Source: Chiloscyllium plagiosum
Lineage: Eukaryota
Direction: 5' to 3'
NCBI RefSeq assembly: GCF_004010195.1
Contig: NC_057735.1
Span: 13,074,391 to 13,138,390 of the forward strand
DNA length: 64,000 nt
Below the pieces are notes generated by a model, which saw nothing but the letters and a program-made list of their open reading frames with translations, was not told the origin of the DNA and ran no database searches. Each line of letters opens with the position of its first letter. Position 1 is the stretch's first letter. Both the position numbers and the translations under genes were made by a program. Below, piece after piece: positions 14,915 through 29,484 of this stretch.

Positions 14915-15500
14915 TGAAGTAACTACACAGAGACTGGTGTCCCATCACCAAGTTACCCTTTATTTACACGTGGACAGTCCATGACACTGATCCAGCTTCC
15001 TCAGAGCCAGTTCTCAGAGTGAACAGAACCTTTGACACACTCCTATTTCTTTTTTTTCTTTTTTTTCTTTTCTTCTACACTACCACCTGATAGCGGTAGT
15101 GCTTATTTTTCCCCAGCACCCATGTTGTGTGTGTGCAGGTGTTGGGCACAGTGAAAAACAACAAGTGTGCAAATCTTTATGATGTACAACCACTAGGAAG
15201 AAAGGAAACACCCGAGTGGCCAGTGACAAGCAGTGCCCTTCACATCAAAGGGCAATGCTGTGTGATCAAACAGTGAAGGGAAGAGATTAAATCAAAATAG
15301 AGTTGGAGGGGGAGGTAGTATGCTCCACTGACTCTGGTGCCGACCTTTCCTTGAAAATCTCGAGGTATTGGTGGACACAGTGTGCTCCTTCTCCAGAGAC
15401 ACCTGAGCTCTGACAAAACCGCGGAAGAGGGGGACACTCCTGTTTCTATCTGTTAGTCAGGGGTCCCTGATTGAACCAGATTAACAGCCCCAATCAGTAT
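14915..15500. mobile_element. LTR-like repeat interrupted by the Tx1 fragment; second copy at 29100-29570 + 32910-32947
   Basis: tcaccaagt...cctttattt, agaacct..tgacactcctgttt.tatctg, accagattaacagc shared between copies. Confidence 0.6.
15046..15425 (-). mobile_element. Tx1/L1-type non-LTR retrotransposon 3' fragment with poly(A) and TSD
   Basis: Minus-strand relic VRAQVSLEKEHTVSTNT...SPSNSILI*; A-rich tail (T run 15046-15073); flanking gacac(ac)tcct(a/g)tttct duplication. Confidence 0.7.
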
Positions 15501-16669
15501 TAATAACTGAGAGTATTAATTTCTCTTTAAATATTAAACTAAATTGTCGCATTTCCCATCATGTAATTAGAGGTGAGACAGTTCCCATTTTCCTGTTGAA
15601 TCTAGTTAGATAAACCATCCACTTGCATTACAACCAACCACTTTCTATCATTCTGTTCTCTAGAGGTTTTTATCTTTCCATTCGAGTGGAATGATTGCCT
15701 TTATTAATGATTACCAACTCTCATTCCTTCTGCAATATTGAACTTACTTAACCAGTTTAACTTATTTAGTTCTATTTTTTGCTCCAATGTGTACCTCATA
15801 TGTGTACTGACCCAGCAAAGACTGAGAAACATTGCCCAGCAGCAGAAAGTAGGATAGCATGTTCTTTTCAAGGCTGTTTCTTTGATATAACAACAACTTT
15901 TATGATCGATATGTTGCAATCTTGTTTTTCCAAAGTTAAATTATCTGACTTTCTGTAGGATGTTGTGCAAAATGTAATGAGACATAAGATGAATGAACTA
16001 ATGCATGGATTCCATCAATTCCACCAGTGATACAAAAAACCTTGAATTCGTCAAGGGAGACTTAACTTCTTTAAGAACTGCACACAATCTCCTGTGCAGT
16101 CACCATGTGGTGTGCTATCCTAGAAATGTCCTTGTTATGTCTGGATTAAGTTGGGACTGATTCGCATTTCATTATAGTTATGGATGTGCCTATTCCTTCA
16201 ACTGTGTCATGGAGCTTGTTTTAACAGATATAACTATTACCATCCCTGTGTATGTCCTGTCCCATGTAAAACAGACCAAGCAAGCACAGTAATATACTAT
16301 CAGGAGGGAGTTGTTATGGGAGTCTTCAACATTGACTGACTCTGCACCCCTTGAAAGCTCATGGCATTGGTCCAAATATGGATATGGAAATCTTGATTAC
16401 CATCTAATGCCTTCATTCAATTGATGAATTGGAACTCATCCAAACTAAACCTCAAAGGTAACAGCACTGAGGGTGGCAAGGACACCAAATGTACGTGGAT
16501 GGAGGACTTCAAAATTCATTATCAAGGGTAGCTCAGTAACGTCACCACTTACTAAGCTAGTTGAGTCCTCCAGATAGTATCTGTAGACTCTATTTATGAT
16601 TATGTGGTGAGGGAATCAATTAGACGTAGAAATCTGTGAAACGTTTTGCTCACCATCAAATATTTTTTC

Positions 16670-16902
16670 AAGCAGAAGGTCATTCAGATGTGAAATGAAC
16701 TGCCATAGAAAGTGGTAGATGCAGATACAGTTACAAAATTTAAAAGATATTTGGACAGATACGTGAATGGGAAAGGTTTAGAGCGATGTGGGCTAAGTGC
16801 AGGCGAGTGGGATTAGTTTAGTTTGAGAAAATTGATCAGCATGGACGGGTTGGACCGAAGGATCTGTTTCCATGCTGTATGATTCTATGACTCTATGATT
16901 CT
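16670..16902 (+). mobile_element. CR1 3' end
   Basis: gaactgcca...ttggaccgaagg...(tctatga) tail. Confidence 0.75.
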
Positions 16903-17824
16903 AGATTGACATCAATGTATTTATGCTAAATTGCAAGGAAGAAGTCTCAAACAGTTGTTCTCTATTTACTGTCAGCTGTCGTTTTAAAGGAGATTCTTAT
17001 TAAAGGCGAGAGTCAGTATCTATTGCATTCATGATGCTTTCAGATCGGTCAATTTCTGTAGATGAGCAATTGCAGAAAACCCCCCTTTAATGGTATAACT
17101 ACAGCCCTTTAAGAACTATCAGCTCATGCAGTTTTGCTACGTGTTTTAAACACACTTCTGTATCCAATTCCAGGTTACATTTTTCTGTCCTTAAGCAAAC
17201 TCAAGGTGAGAACAAAAAAAGCAGATTCTCAACATCGATAAAAATGAGTACGACTTTCCCTTTGAATCTTAAATGGCAACTTTAGAGCCCACCTTTGACT
17301 GGTGACTGATTTATTCCATGCAGTCATGAAAATCCCAACTCATCCTGTCTACATTGCACTTTCAATTCCCCCTGCTTATCTAAGAAACTAGATGATGTAA
17401 AATGCCCGCCGTAAATCCAAGTGGGTACCTGGTGTCGGCTGCTCACTGAGTGCCTGTCCTAGGCATTTACAACTGCTCCCAACCATTACTTCTCTGTAGG
17501 TTCCATTACTACTACCTTCTTTGACCCTTGGTCCATATATCTCAATGTTGGCAAGCCACCAGCCTCACCATATCATCCAGGCTGCTCTTGGACCATCTCA
17601 GCCGCCACTCCCGGCCCTCCACACTCTACTTTGGGAGCTGATGGACACCTATAACTTGCATGCTTTTGCCAGGTCACTTTGCACACAGGTGCAGCCAAAC
17701 ATTGTACGCACCTACTCAAAATGCTATTGAGCTGACACAGACACTTCTTCTAGCACTAAGTTGGCTTTCTTAGTACTGACTGACTTTAGCACATAATTGG
17801 AAACTGACAACTTAAACACAGGGA

Positions 17825-18712
17825 GTCATAGAGATGTATAACATGGAAACAGACCCTTAAGTTCAACTCATCCATGTCTACCAGATATCCAAAATTAATC
17901 TAGACCCATTTGCCAGCATTTGGTCCATATCCCTCTAAATCTTTCCTCTTTCATATACACATCCAGATGGGTTTTAAATATTGCAATTGTACCAGCCTCC
18001 ACCACTTCCTCTGGCAGCTCATTCCATACACGCACCACCCTTTACGTAAAAATGTTGCCCGTTAGGTCCCTTTTTCCCCTCTTACCCTAAACCTATGCCC
18101 TCTAGTTCTGGACTCCCCCATCCCAGGGGAAAGACGTTGTTTATTTACCTTATCCATGCCCCTCATGATTTTATAAATCTCGATAAGGTTACCCCTCAGC
18201 CTCCAATTCTCCAGGGAAAACAGCCCTAGCCTATTCAGCCTCTCTTATAGCTCAAACACTTCAACCCTGGCAACATTGTTGTAAATCTTTTCTGAACTCT
18301 TTCACATTTCACAACTTCTTTCCAAGAGCAGGGAGACCAGAATTGCACGTAATATTCCAAAAGTGGCCTAATCATTGTCCTGTACAGATGTAACATGACC
18401 TCCCAACTCCTACACTCAATGCTCTGACCAATAAAGGAAAGCATACCAAACACCTTCTTCACTATCTTATCTACCTGCGACTCCACTTTCAAGGAACTAT
18501 GAACTTGCACTCCAAGGTCTCTTTGTACAGCAACACTCCCCAGTACCTTATCATTAAGTGTATAATCCTGCCCTGATTTGCTTTTCCGAAATGCAACACT
18601 TCACATTTATCCTCCACCCATTGGACCATCTGATCAAAATGCTGTTGAACTCTGAGGTAACCTTCTTTGCTGTACTCTACACCTCCAATTTTGGTGTCAT
18701 CTACAAACTTCT
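17825..18712 (-). mobile_element. CR1 LINE 3' fragment
   Basis: RPLLEYYVQFWSP; same 3' end as other copies. Confidence 0.88.
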
Positions 18713-18919
18713 ATGATATGTTTTAGCCCACAAGGTCTTCAGCATTGGGAGATATGCTGCTGCCTGTGCAGTTTAGCTTGCTTTTTAGTAAGATAGGCAG
18801 GCAGCTTGTGGCGGTGAAGAGCACTGAAAAGTCAATGAAACATTCAGACAGCAGTTGACATGCCATTGTTATAGGTCAACATCAAAGCTGCAGCCTATTT
18901 GTCAGCAGCCTATACGCTA

Positions 18920-19150
18920 AATACCACCATCTGCAAGTTCCCCTCCAAGCCACTCGCCATCCTGAGTTGGAAGTGTATTGTTGTTCCTTTAATGTTGTTT
19001 TGTCAAAATTCTGGAATTTCCTCCCTAAAGGCATTGTGGGTCAACCTCCAACACCTGGACTCCAGCGCTTCTTGAACACAGCTCACCTTCTCAAGGGCAA
19101 CTAGGGATGAGCAATAAATGCTGGCCTGGTCAGCAACGCCCACAACCCAT
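18920..19150 (+). repeat. Dispersed old LINE 3'-end repeat (also ~9130-9530 on +, ~20215-20500 on -)
   Basis: Shared tgcaagttccc..c..aag..act.....cc...ac/gttggaa motif in three copies. Confidence 0.6.
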
Positions 19151-20589
19151 TAATAACAAAAAGACACACTGCAAGCAAAGGGCGATATTGAAGCCCGAAG
19201 TGAAATGAAGGGGATCGACAGTCAATCCAGGTGTACAATGCCAACGCCAGTGAAGGGGCTTGTCTGATTAGACTACACTTAGCACTACATGAGTCCAGGG
19301 TTCAGAGTTCTTGCAGTCCGCGGACTGGGCCATGGCAAGTTCAAACAGCCAGCAGATTAAAGCTAGGTCAATGTAGATATTGTTGAAACATCAATCCATG
19401 GTCAGTTGGGGCTGTCCTGCTAAGCCAGTCCAATGGGATGGTCTGAAGAGTGATGGATTACGAGTCAGTCATGGGCTTTGTTCAATAGTTGTCTTGAAGC
19501 TTATTGGGTTTGTTGTTCCTCACGTGCAGCACCTGAATGGTGCACAGCTAGGCTGTAGATGTGGTGTCAGATGCATGGAAGCAAACGGTCTCAACAGTGG
19601 TAAGGACATTCACCTCACCTGCCATAAGAGCATACCCAAAATCTCAGTTGCCTCATTAATGAGATGAAAAGCAGAAGACCGTGCGGTTAATTCAGCCAGG
19701 CCACGGCAGAGCAGACACTATGAAACTCACTCACCATCACACTTTTAACAACAGACAAATTCCACCCTCTGGAGGCTCTACTCCAATGGAGGAATGCACC
19801 ATGAGTCAACATACTGTCAAATTTGGTGGAATCAGAAAATTGATGTTTTACTCCACAGTTCTGGCTCTGTATCCTTTTAACATCCTCAAAATCCAGGAGT
19901 TGTTCATTATGTCATTTCTTCTTGCTTCCAATACAACCTTTTCATTGCTTAAGACAAGAGGATTGTATATCATTTTTCATTGATTAACTAAACATGGTAA
20001 AGAGCTCAGGAATGAAGTAAATGTGGGAATTTGTAAAAGGCATATTAAAGTATGTCACAAAGCTCAAAACTGTTGTTGAATGCTGTAACATAGCTTTAAA
20101 ACCTTGGAGATCACTACTCTAAAGCAACAAGTCCATTAAAAGCATTCATATGCAAGGTCATCAACATCACCAGCAGGTTATGAAAACATTTAATTGTGTA
20201 ACATTTACCTGGACACTCCTCAGCTGCCTTCTTGAACCGCTGCAGTCCATTAAGTATAGGAACACCCACAATGCCGTTAAGGAGGGAATGACAGGACTTC
20301 CCCAGCAACACTTCAGGAATGGTATTGTTTCCAAGTAATGATGATGAATAGCTTGGAATAACTTGTAGGTGGTGGTGTTCCCATGTTTCTGCTGCCCTTG
20401 CCCTTCTAAATGATGGTGGTCATGAGTTTGGAAGTTGTTGTCTGAATGAAATTCTGCAATGTACCCTGTGGATTGTACACCCTGCTGCAAGCATTGGTGG
20501 TGAAGAGACCTTCCCTCGCTGAAACTATATTGAATATTGGATACTAGCTCATCAGATAGGTAATTTTCAGATTTGTGTTGTTATTGAAT

Positions 20590-21625
20590 CACATGGGATT
20601 CTGGGTAAGCTTGCTAATTGTGTAAAAATTGGCTTAACGGCCAGAGACAGATAGTGATGGTGGAGTGCAGGCTTGTGACCAGCAATGTCCCTCAGGAATC
20701 AGTGCTGGGTCCACTTAGATGAGAATATAGAAAGCATGGTTGGTAAGTTTGTGAATGATACCAAGATTGGCAGTGCAGTGGACAGTGAAGAAGGTTGCCT
20801 AAGCTTACAAAGAGATCTTAAACAATTGAGTCAATCGGCTGAAAAGTGCCAGATGGAATTTAATTTAGTTAAATATGAGGTATGGCATTTTGGTAAAATA
20901 ATCAAAAGCAAGACTTTTACAATTAAAAGTTGGGTCCCAGGTAGTGTATTAGAATAGAGAGACCTAGCAGTTCAGGCACGTTTTTCATGAAGTTGGCATT
21001 ACAAATTGATAGGATGGTCAAGAAGGCATTTAACACTTGCCTTCATTGCTCAGACCTTTGAGTATAGGAGTTGGGATGTTGAGATTGTACAGGATGTTTG
21101 TGAGGGGTCTTTTGGAATACTGTGTCTAGTTCTGGTCTCCCTGTTATAGGAAGGATATTGGTAAGCAGAAGACGGTTCAGAAGAGATTTACCAGGATGCT
21201 GCTGGGAAGAGAGGGCTTGAGTGATAAGGAGAGGCTGGATGGACTGGGACCTTTCTCACTGGAGCATAGAAGGTTGAGAGGTGATCTTATAGAGATATAT
21301 AAAAAATCATGAGGGGTATAGATAAGGTGTTTTTCTCAAGGGTGGGGGATTTCAAGACTAGGGACATATTTTTAAGAGGCGAGGAGAAAGATTTTAAAAA
21401 GACATGACTGCCAATTTTTTTAGACAGTGTGGTTCGTGTGTGGAATAAATTTTCAGAGGATGTGGTGAAAGTGGGTACAGTTACAATGCTTAAAAAGTAT
21501 TTAGATAAGTACATGATAAAGAAATGTTTGGAAGGATATGGGCCAAGCTCAGGTTGGTGAGACTAGTTTAGTTCTGGTTGGACTGAAGGATCTGTTTCCA
21601 TGCTGGATAACTCTATGCCTCTATG
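20590..21625 (+). mobile_element. CR1 LINE 3' fragment, degenerate
   Basis: KFVNDTKIG, QMEFN; ctctatg tail. Confidence 0.85.
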
Positions 21626-23408
21626 ATGTAGGATCACCCATAGTATCCCAGTTAAAATGCTGGCATTACTGAGCATTGGTATTATTCTGTTTCATATTGA
21701 ACCCAAAGGTTCTGCCAATACTATCTGCCTATTGACAATCAACACTTTATAAACCTTATTCTTTGGTTCTCTTTTTACCCTTTTTTATCAGCAATTTTAG
21801 CCAATCTAGAATTTCCATCTCATTAAAGTTGATATTCATCAGCATCTTTGAATCATTGGGTTGGATGACATTGTACGATATAAATCTCGAGTGAATACTG
21901 TATTTCAAGCAACTAAAAGTGGCATTAAGTTATCTGTCAGGTGGTGGCCAACCATTTATTACAAATATTATGTAACCTAATCAATTGAATTCCACATTAT
22001 CTCTCAGACTACTCTGGAAGATTCAAGGACACGTCCACTAAAGTCCAATCTATTCTGGAAAGGGAATCCACTGACTTGAACCAATGGAAATATGGAATTA
22101 TTTGGATTTTACAACTGTAGCTAGATTTAGACTTCATCAGCCCAGGGTCCATATTTCACAGAGAGCATCCATTTACCAATCGTTTCTCATGTCATCAGCA
22201 AATTCCTTGCCTGTTCATTTTGCAAAGTTACTGGGAGCTTCCACCATTGCAATTAAGAAATGAATTGAGGTACACTCTGCACAGAGACATGAAAGGGACA
22301 AGAGATGGAAGAAGGAAGAGTATGCATTTCATATTTCGACTTTATTATTTCTTTTTAAATGAACTATTTCAATGAAGGGATTCTAGAGAACTTGACAAAG
22401 CCTCTATGTGAAGTTAGCAACATAATCATAGCAAGACAAGTGACACTGTACAGCTTGCCCACCTTCAGCACAAACATGCTGATCTCTGGAGTGAATCACT
22501 GCTCTAAGGATACATCACAACTGAGTGTCCGAATCAAGAAAGAGTAAAAACACAACAAAATCAAAAAGTTATTATATTTAGTTTCAGCAGAGTTCATAGT
22601 CTGCTCTGTACAAGACATTTACTTATTTGTTATTTCCATTTTCTTTTTCTTTGTAGCTCAGTGCGGAGCATTGCTGAGCATTAACCACAGCTAAGTAGCC
22701 TATGGCATAATTATTCTTTGGTGATATCATTGGACCAGCAATCCAGAGGCCTAGGTTAACATTGCAGAGACATGGGTTCGTGCCTACAAAAGTAGCTGAT
22801 AATTTTATTTTAAACCCTGAATTGAAAGGTTTTCTCTATAACGGTTACCGTTAAACTATTACCATTGCTTACGAAAATGCATCTGGTTCAGTAATGGCAT
22901 CCAGACATTGAAGTAGACATCCCTACTTGATGTGATCTACATGTGACTCCAGATGTACAGCAATGTGGTTGGCTCTTAACATTTCCCAAGGGCAATTATA
23001 GATGGACAATGAATGCTGACCTTTCAGTGACACCTGCAACCTAAGGACAAACAAGAACAATTTCAACCAGATGACAGCTATTGCTTTGAGGAATCATGTG
23101 ACGGGTTAACATCAACCCAAAATTACAAATTAGAATTGGTTTTCATTGAGAATATGAATGTAAAAAATTAGACAGTCTTAGCCAAGCCCACACGGTTGTT
23201 GCACATGTCGAAAACAGAATAATATTCTCTAATGAACACATCTCCCAAAATCTAGAGGCCTCCACTAGTAACACCAAATCCACTTGAGCAGCTTCTTTGG
23301 TTGTTGTACTTGCGCTGGAACAATTAACACTGGGTCATATCTTTGTCACCTTCAGCAATTGTAGATTAATCCCTAAAAATACACTGCATTTCACCTTTTG
23401 AAATTTTA

Positions 23409-23573
<165 letters not shown>

Positions 23574-24007
23574 TCATTTTGCTAGTATAAGGATTTAGAA
23601 TAACTCAGTTACAGTGCAACTAATTAACCATTACTGAAACTAAAGTGAGCTGAAATTGAAATATACAGGCATGCTTAAAAGAGACTCATTGCCTGTAGGA
23701 CAAATTATATTCAAGATCTTTATATACATTTGTTCATGCTATGGGAGGATTCTTGGATCCCAGAATGTTGATGGCAGGAGATTAACCAATCATAATGATA
23801 TTGAGCATCAAGGATAGAGGTTAGATTTTCCCTTGCTGGAAATGGTCATTGCCTGGTACTTACATGGTATGCATGTTGCTTAATATTTATCAGCCACACA
23901 TGAATGTTGCTGAAGTTTACTGGAGTGCTGAGACAACTGGCCTCCAACAGTCATAACCATCTTCATTTATGCTTGGTATGACTTCCACTATCTTAGCAAC
24001 ATCACAC

Positions 24008-24243
24008 TAGAATCAGAGAATCTCGACAGTGCAGAAAGAGGCCATTTGGCCCATCAAGTATAGATTGACCTTCTAAAGAGCATCCCACATCCACCTCCTC
24101 CCTTTCCCCATTACCCTGCATTTCCCATGGCCAACCCACCCAGCCGGCACATCTCTGGACACCATAGAGCAATTTAGCATGGCCAATCCACCTAACTAGC
24201 ACATCTTTGGACTGTGGGAGGAAACTGGAGCACCCAGTGAAAA
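24008..24243 (-). mobile_element. HE1-like SINE, partial
   Basis: atttagcatggccaatccacctaac...tgtgggaggaaactggagcacc. Confidence 0.75.
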
Positions 24244-24244
24244 C

Positions 24245-25015
24245 ATGTCTCTTAATACCTTTGCTTAACAAAAATGTTTCTGTCTCAGATTAAAAATTAA
24301 CAACTGATCCTGCATACACTGCCATTTGTGGAAGAGATTTCCAAACATCTGCTCCCATTTTTTTCAGCCAGAGAGTGGTTAATCTGTGGAACTCATTGCT
24401 GCAGAGGGCTGTGGAGGCCAAGTCATGGAGTGTATTTAAGAAAGAGACAGGTAGTAAGGGAATCAGGGGTTATGGGCAAGGCAAGAGAATGGGGTTGAGA
24501 AACATATCAGCCATGATCGAATGCCATAGCAGACTTGATGGGCCAAATGGCCTAACTATGCTCCAATATCCGATGGTCTTGTACAAGTGCTTCCTAATAT
24601 ATCTAAAGAATGGTCTGGCCCTAATTTTCTCACTATGCCTCTAGTTCTAGAATATCCAACCAGTGGAAATAATTTACCTACCCTGTCCTTTTCTGTTAAT
24701 ATCTTGAAAACTTCAATCAAATCATCCCTTAGCCTTCCACATTCTAGAGGAACCAGGACTAATTTGTATAATCTCTCCTCATAACGTAACCCCTGAAGTG
24801 CAAGTATCATTCTTCCAAGGCCAATAAATCCTTCATAAGGTGTGGTGTCTAGATCTGTCTGGAGCATAGTGGGAGTCTGGAATGCGCTGCCTGGGAGAGG
24901 AGTTGAGGCCAGAAACTTCAGAACCTTTAAAAAGTGTTTGGATAAGCGTTCAAAATTTCACCACATTCAAGATTATTGGCCAAGCATTAGAAAGTGGGAT
25001 TTGTGTAGATTTAGA
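24245..25015. mobile_element. Cluster of nested CR1 fragments in both orientations
   Basis: VNLWNSL (+), YEERLYKL..LIEVFKIL (-), VWNALP (+). Confidence 0.75.
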
Positions 25016-25578
25016 GTAATAGTTTTCATCTATGTTCATAGGTCAAAAAAAGTTATCATCTAATAGTTGCTAGTTGATCAGAGCCTTGCACTTCTATTGA
25101 TGGCAGTGCCATTGGTGAGATGGAGCTTGCAGCCAGTAGAACACCTCCCAAAGACCAGGATTGTTGCTGGATCCCAAGCCACAAACAAATGGTGATGGAT
25201 GGGATAGTTGGGCATGTGATCAGGGTCACAGTAGCTTGGGAGCAAGGAAAGAGGGCTGGCTTTTAGTGGATCCCCAACTTCTCGATCAGCACCAACCAAA
25301 CATCTTCCTCTGCTCCAGAACCACTAAGCAAGTCCAACAGGGCTTGATATTGTTTTCCCTTCTGCTGGATTAATTACCCATTCAAGGGCCTTAATTGGTG
25401 GCATGATGGGGCGACGCATAGCATTGGGGTAGAGGCACGATAAATGTAGTGTCCCCACTCACCATTCTCATACTTGTTTTAATGCTCCTACAGATGAGTG
25501 CACAAAATATGCCTGAATCTTAAGGTCTTCCTCTCTTTGACTTTAAACTATAACTTTGGAAAGCAATTACCACCATTA

Positions 25579-25755
<177 letters not shown>

Positions 25756-26564
25756 TTAAAATATTGAGAAGGTTTTAGCATTATGCCGTACCTTAGATCA
25801 AGTACTTGTGGCCAAACAACTTCACAGTTAAGATCTGAAAGTTGAATTATGTATCCTAGGAGGGGTGGACAGCTGTGTGTGTATATGTATGTGTGCAGTA
25901 TTATTAAGCATTAATAGCTTCGTTCTTTATGGATTTCACTCACTTTTGCTGTTTTGAAGTCTGCAACGTCTACTAACTTTACCTGTAAGCATCTGACACA
26001 GGAATGAGGGCTGTGTATATTGTAATATGTATCTGAAGAGAACTATTTCGCACCACAGAGTCTAAGCAGGATTGAATCTCAGGTCTTTACATATTCCAAT
26101 TAGAATAAACTAGATTTAAAAAGCAGTCTAATATTATAACATCATTGGACATTTATTCATGTCACATTAATCAAAATGATTTGGGGCACCCACCTTAAGG
26201 GAATCCACTCCAGAATCAGTTTAGACCCAAGCTGCAGGTATGTACTAAAAGTTAAAAATCAGTAAAAAACAGAAATTGTTTGACACTGCTGTTAAATTTG
26301 CAGTTGCAATCCATCCGATAATTCTTCCATCTCCATAGAGAGACAAAGAACAACAGCTTCAGCTTTCAACAAGTTCTGAAATTTTTTACCAACCTCAGAA
26401 GTAGCCAAATAACACTTGAGAGTTCCATCCAGCTTTACAGAGCCCATTACACGGCTGTGGACGAGTCCAGAAGTACTGGCCTTTTCCAATATGAGTTATA
26501 CAGCTGCCTTTATCAATAAGGAAAATCAAAGGGAGAGGCATATTTAACAACAGGTTAACATTTA

Positions 26565-26690
<126 letters not shown>

Positions 26691-26828
26691 TCAGCAAAAA
26701 AGAAGACCACAATATTTCAATGAAAAATATATCAGAATTACACATGTTATTACTCTTATTGTTGTATTTACTGTATCTTGTAATTTTTCTGTATTTTTGA
26801 TAGTGGTCTAAAATAGGAAAATGATGAT

Positions 26829-27586
26829 TGTGGAAGGGATTGCTGTATGTTTTTTAAAAGCAAACTCATTGTAAGTTGTGTTGACATTGCTGCTTTGTTC
26901 AAGTAGTAGATAAAGCTTGTAGATGGGCTGGCAACTGAGATGGGGGGAGATGTAACAAAGTGAGAAACGGCCAGCAACTAGTAGCTGATTGGTTTGTGAA
27001 GTTGTGACCAGTTGTTTAGGACAAGGGCCAAGCCTGACAACAAGCAAGTGAGTGGCCCTAGGCAGCTGAACTGCTTGTGGGTATGAACGATACTGGCAGA
27101 AGCCTTTTTAAGGCTGCAAGGGACAAGTGGTACACCTTTCTCTCCAATGTAATGCTTAAAGCCTTATTTTCTATCACCAGTGGCTGTGAGCTGTGTCTGT
27201 AACTCATAACTAAGAGACTTTGTAGTTAATATGCCAACAGATTGTGTCACCCATGAGGAAGAGAAAAGAATCTGGAGATGTGAGAGTAAACAAAAGGAAG
27301 TTTGGCAAGCAAAAGAATCATCTCAGCAAACTCTGAGGCCGTTGAACCAAGTTCCCAGTTTCCCCCTCCCGTACACAGAATTTTATAAGGGGAATGGTAG
27401 AGTTACATGTCAACAGTTCATAGCAGTTACCTGCAGTTAGACTCTATTTACTTGTAATAAATAGAAATTCTTGGACCGAAGTTGGTCTTTGTTTTCTGTT
27501 AACCAGGTTCTTTCAGAAAGGTAAACAGTGGAATATTGCATAACTTGAACAAATCTTTAATTTTTGTGATGACTTCGAAAATAACA
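26829..27586 (+). mobile_element. Solo-LTR-like element
   Basis: Starts TGTGGAAGGGATTGCTG; AATAAA at ~27455; ends ...AACA; homologous inverted copy ending at 41906. Right boundary uncertain. Confidence 0.55.
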
Positions 27587-28204
27587 GAACTTGGTTTGCA
27601 GAGCACTACCCCTGCGAGACTTGATGCAATCCACTACACCCCTCAGGATATATAAATCTCTCTCTCACTTTCCAATCACATGACACAAGAGGAGAAGACT
27701 ACAAACGTAAGTGAGACATTGGACAGAACCTAGTTGAGCCCACAAGGGCCGGTGGGATAATTTGGACTGGGACAGTTTGGGGTGGGACGGAGTGTGGTGA
27801 TGCAGGGTCCAGGACAATCGGGTGGGAGTACTTGCATCAGATTTCAGGGGTCAGGACAGCTGGTCCCATGAAGGTGGCAATGTGAATGACCCAATGCAAG
27901 AATGCTGCTTGCTGGTGGTATTTGTCAATTGGATTCATTCTGATGCCTCTTGACACCAATTAAACTTGAGTCCATTAACCTTTAGCAGCAGCCGAGAGAT
28001 CTAACAAACCTCACACAGCTCTGCCTCCCAATGGAACCAAACCTTGTCAACTTTGCCTGCATTGTCTCTTTGGCAGCAGGGTGTGTCTTTCTGTCAGGAA
28101 CTTGGTGTCCTAGCAAGAGCCTCACCAAAAGCGATGCTCTAGTCTTAACTTGTTTCCTCCATTACCCAGAAAACAAAGGACAAAGAAACATAAAAAAGTT
28201 TCTT

Positions 28205-28425
28205 TTTATGGGAATCAGAAACAAAACAAAAATTAAAGGGGAAGCTCAGCAGGTCAAGCAGCACCTATGATCAGAAAGCAACGTTAAAGGTTCGGGTCCA
28301 GTGACCCTTCCTGTTCTGTTCTATTGAGCTATTCTCATGAAGGGTCACTGGATCAAAATGTTAACTCTGATTTCTCTCCACAGATACTGTCAGACCCGCT
28401 GAGCTTCTCTAGCAATTTCTGTTTT
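28205..28425. repeat. Short inverted-repeat Penelope-derived element
   Basis: gggtccagtgacccttc / gaagggtcactggatc inverted arms. Confidence 0.6.
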
Positions 28426-28592
28426 CATTCCTCCATTACCCCTCCTTTCACCCATTCATGACTCCCATCCTGTCTCGTTCACTCATGTCCTGGAAACCAG
28501 TACCAATCTTTTAGAGGCTGTGAACAAGGCAAGTGGCTGAGCCTCAGAATATTACCACCAGGAACCACTCCTCACTGTTAAATGCCAGTTAA

Positions 28593-29092
28593 NNNNNNNN
28601 NNNNNNNNNNNNNNNNNNNNNNNNNNNNNNNNNNNNNNNNNNNNNNNNNNNNNNNNNNNNNNNNNNNNNNNNNNNNNNNNNNNNNNNNNNNNNNNNNNNN
28701 NNNNNNNNNNNNNNNNNNNNNNNNNNNNNNNNNNNNNNNNNNNNNNNNNNNNNNNNNNNNNNNNNNNNNNNNNNNNNNNNNNNNNNNNNNNNNNNNNNNN
28801 NNNNNNNNNNNNNNNNNNNNNNNNNNNNNNNNNNNNNNNNNNNNNNNNNNNNNNNNNNNNNNNNNNNNNNNNNNNNNNNNNNNNNNNNNNNNNNNNNNNN
28901 NNNNNNNNNNNNNNNNNNNNNNNNNNNNNNNNNNNNNNNNNNNNNNNNNNNNNNNNNNNNNNNNNNNNNNNNNNNNNNNNNNNNNNNNNNNNNNNNNNNN
29001 NNNNNNNNNNNNNNNNNNNNNNNNNNNNNNNNNNNNNNNNNNNNNNNNNNNNNNNNNNNNNNNNNNNNNNNNNNNNNNNNNNNNNNNNNNNN
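28593..29092. other. Assembly gap (500 N)
   Basis: Run of N. Confidence 1.
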
Positions 29093-29208
29093 AAATAGGT
29101 CCATGCGGGCCAATATCCCGTCACCAAGTCATCCTTTATTTCCACCTGCCGAGTGCACAACACTGACTCAGCGAGCACAGAACTGCCTCTGAGAGTGAGC
29201 AGAACCTT

Positions 29209-29484
29209 TTTAGATTAGATTACTTACAGCGTGGAAACAGGCCCATTGGCCCAACAAGTCCACACCGACCCGCCAAAGCACAACCCACCCAAACCCATAC
29301 CCCTACATTTACCCCTTCACCTAACACTGCAGACAATTTAGCATGGCCAATTCACCTAACCTGCACATTTTTGAGTTGTGGGAGGAAACCGGAGCACCTG
29401 GAGGAAACCCACGCAGAGAGGGAATTGAACCCGGGTCTCTGGCGCTGTGAGGCAGCAATGCTAACTACTGTGCTACCGTGCCAC
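29209..29484 (-). mobile_element. HE1-like SINE
   Basis: ttagattaga tail, V-core, ggaattgaacccgggtc B-box, accgtgcc end. Confidence 0.85.

Noticed and set aside
19160-19990. ORFs of 95-100 aa
   Set aside because: No recognisable domains or splice structure; probably decayed repeat sequence
28552-29178. Long ORFs in the ORF track (also 36981-38027)
   Set aside because: Artefacts of translating N runs
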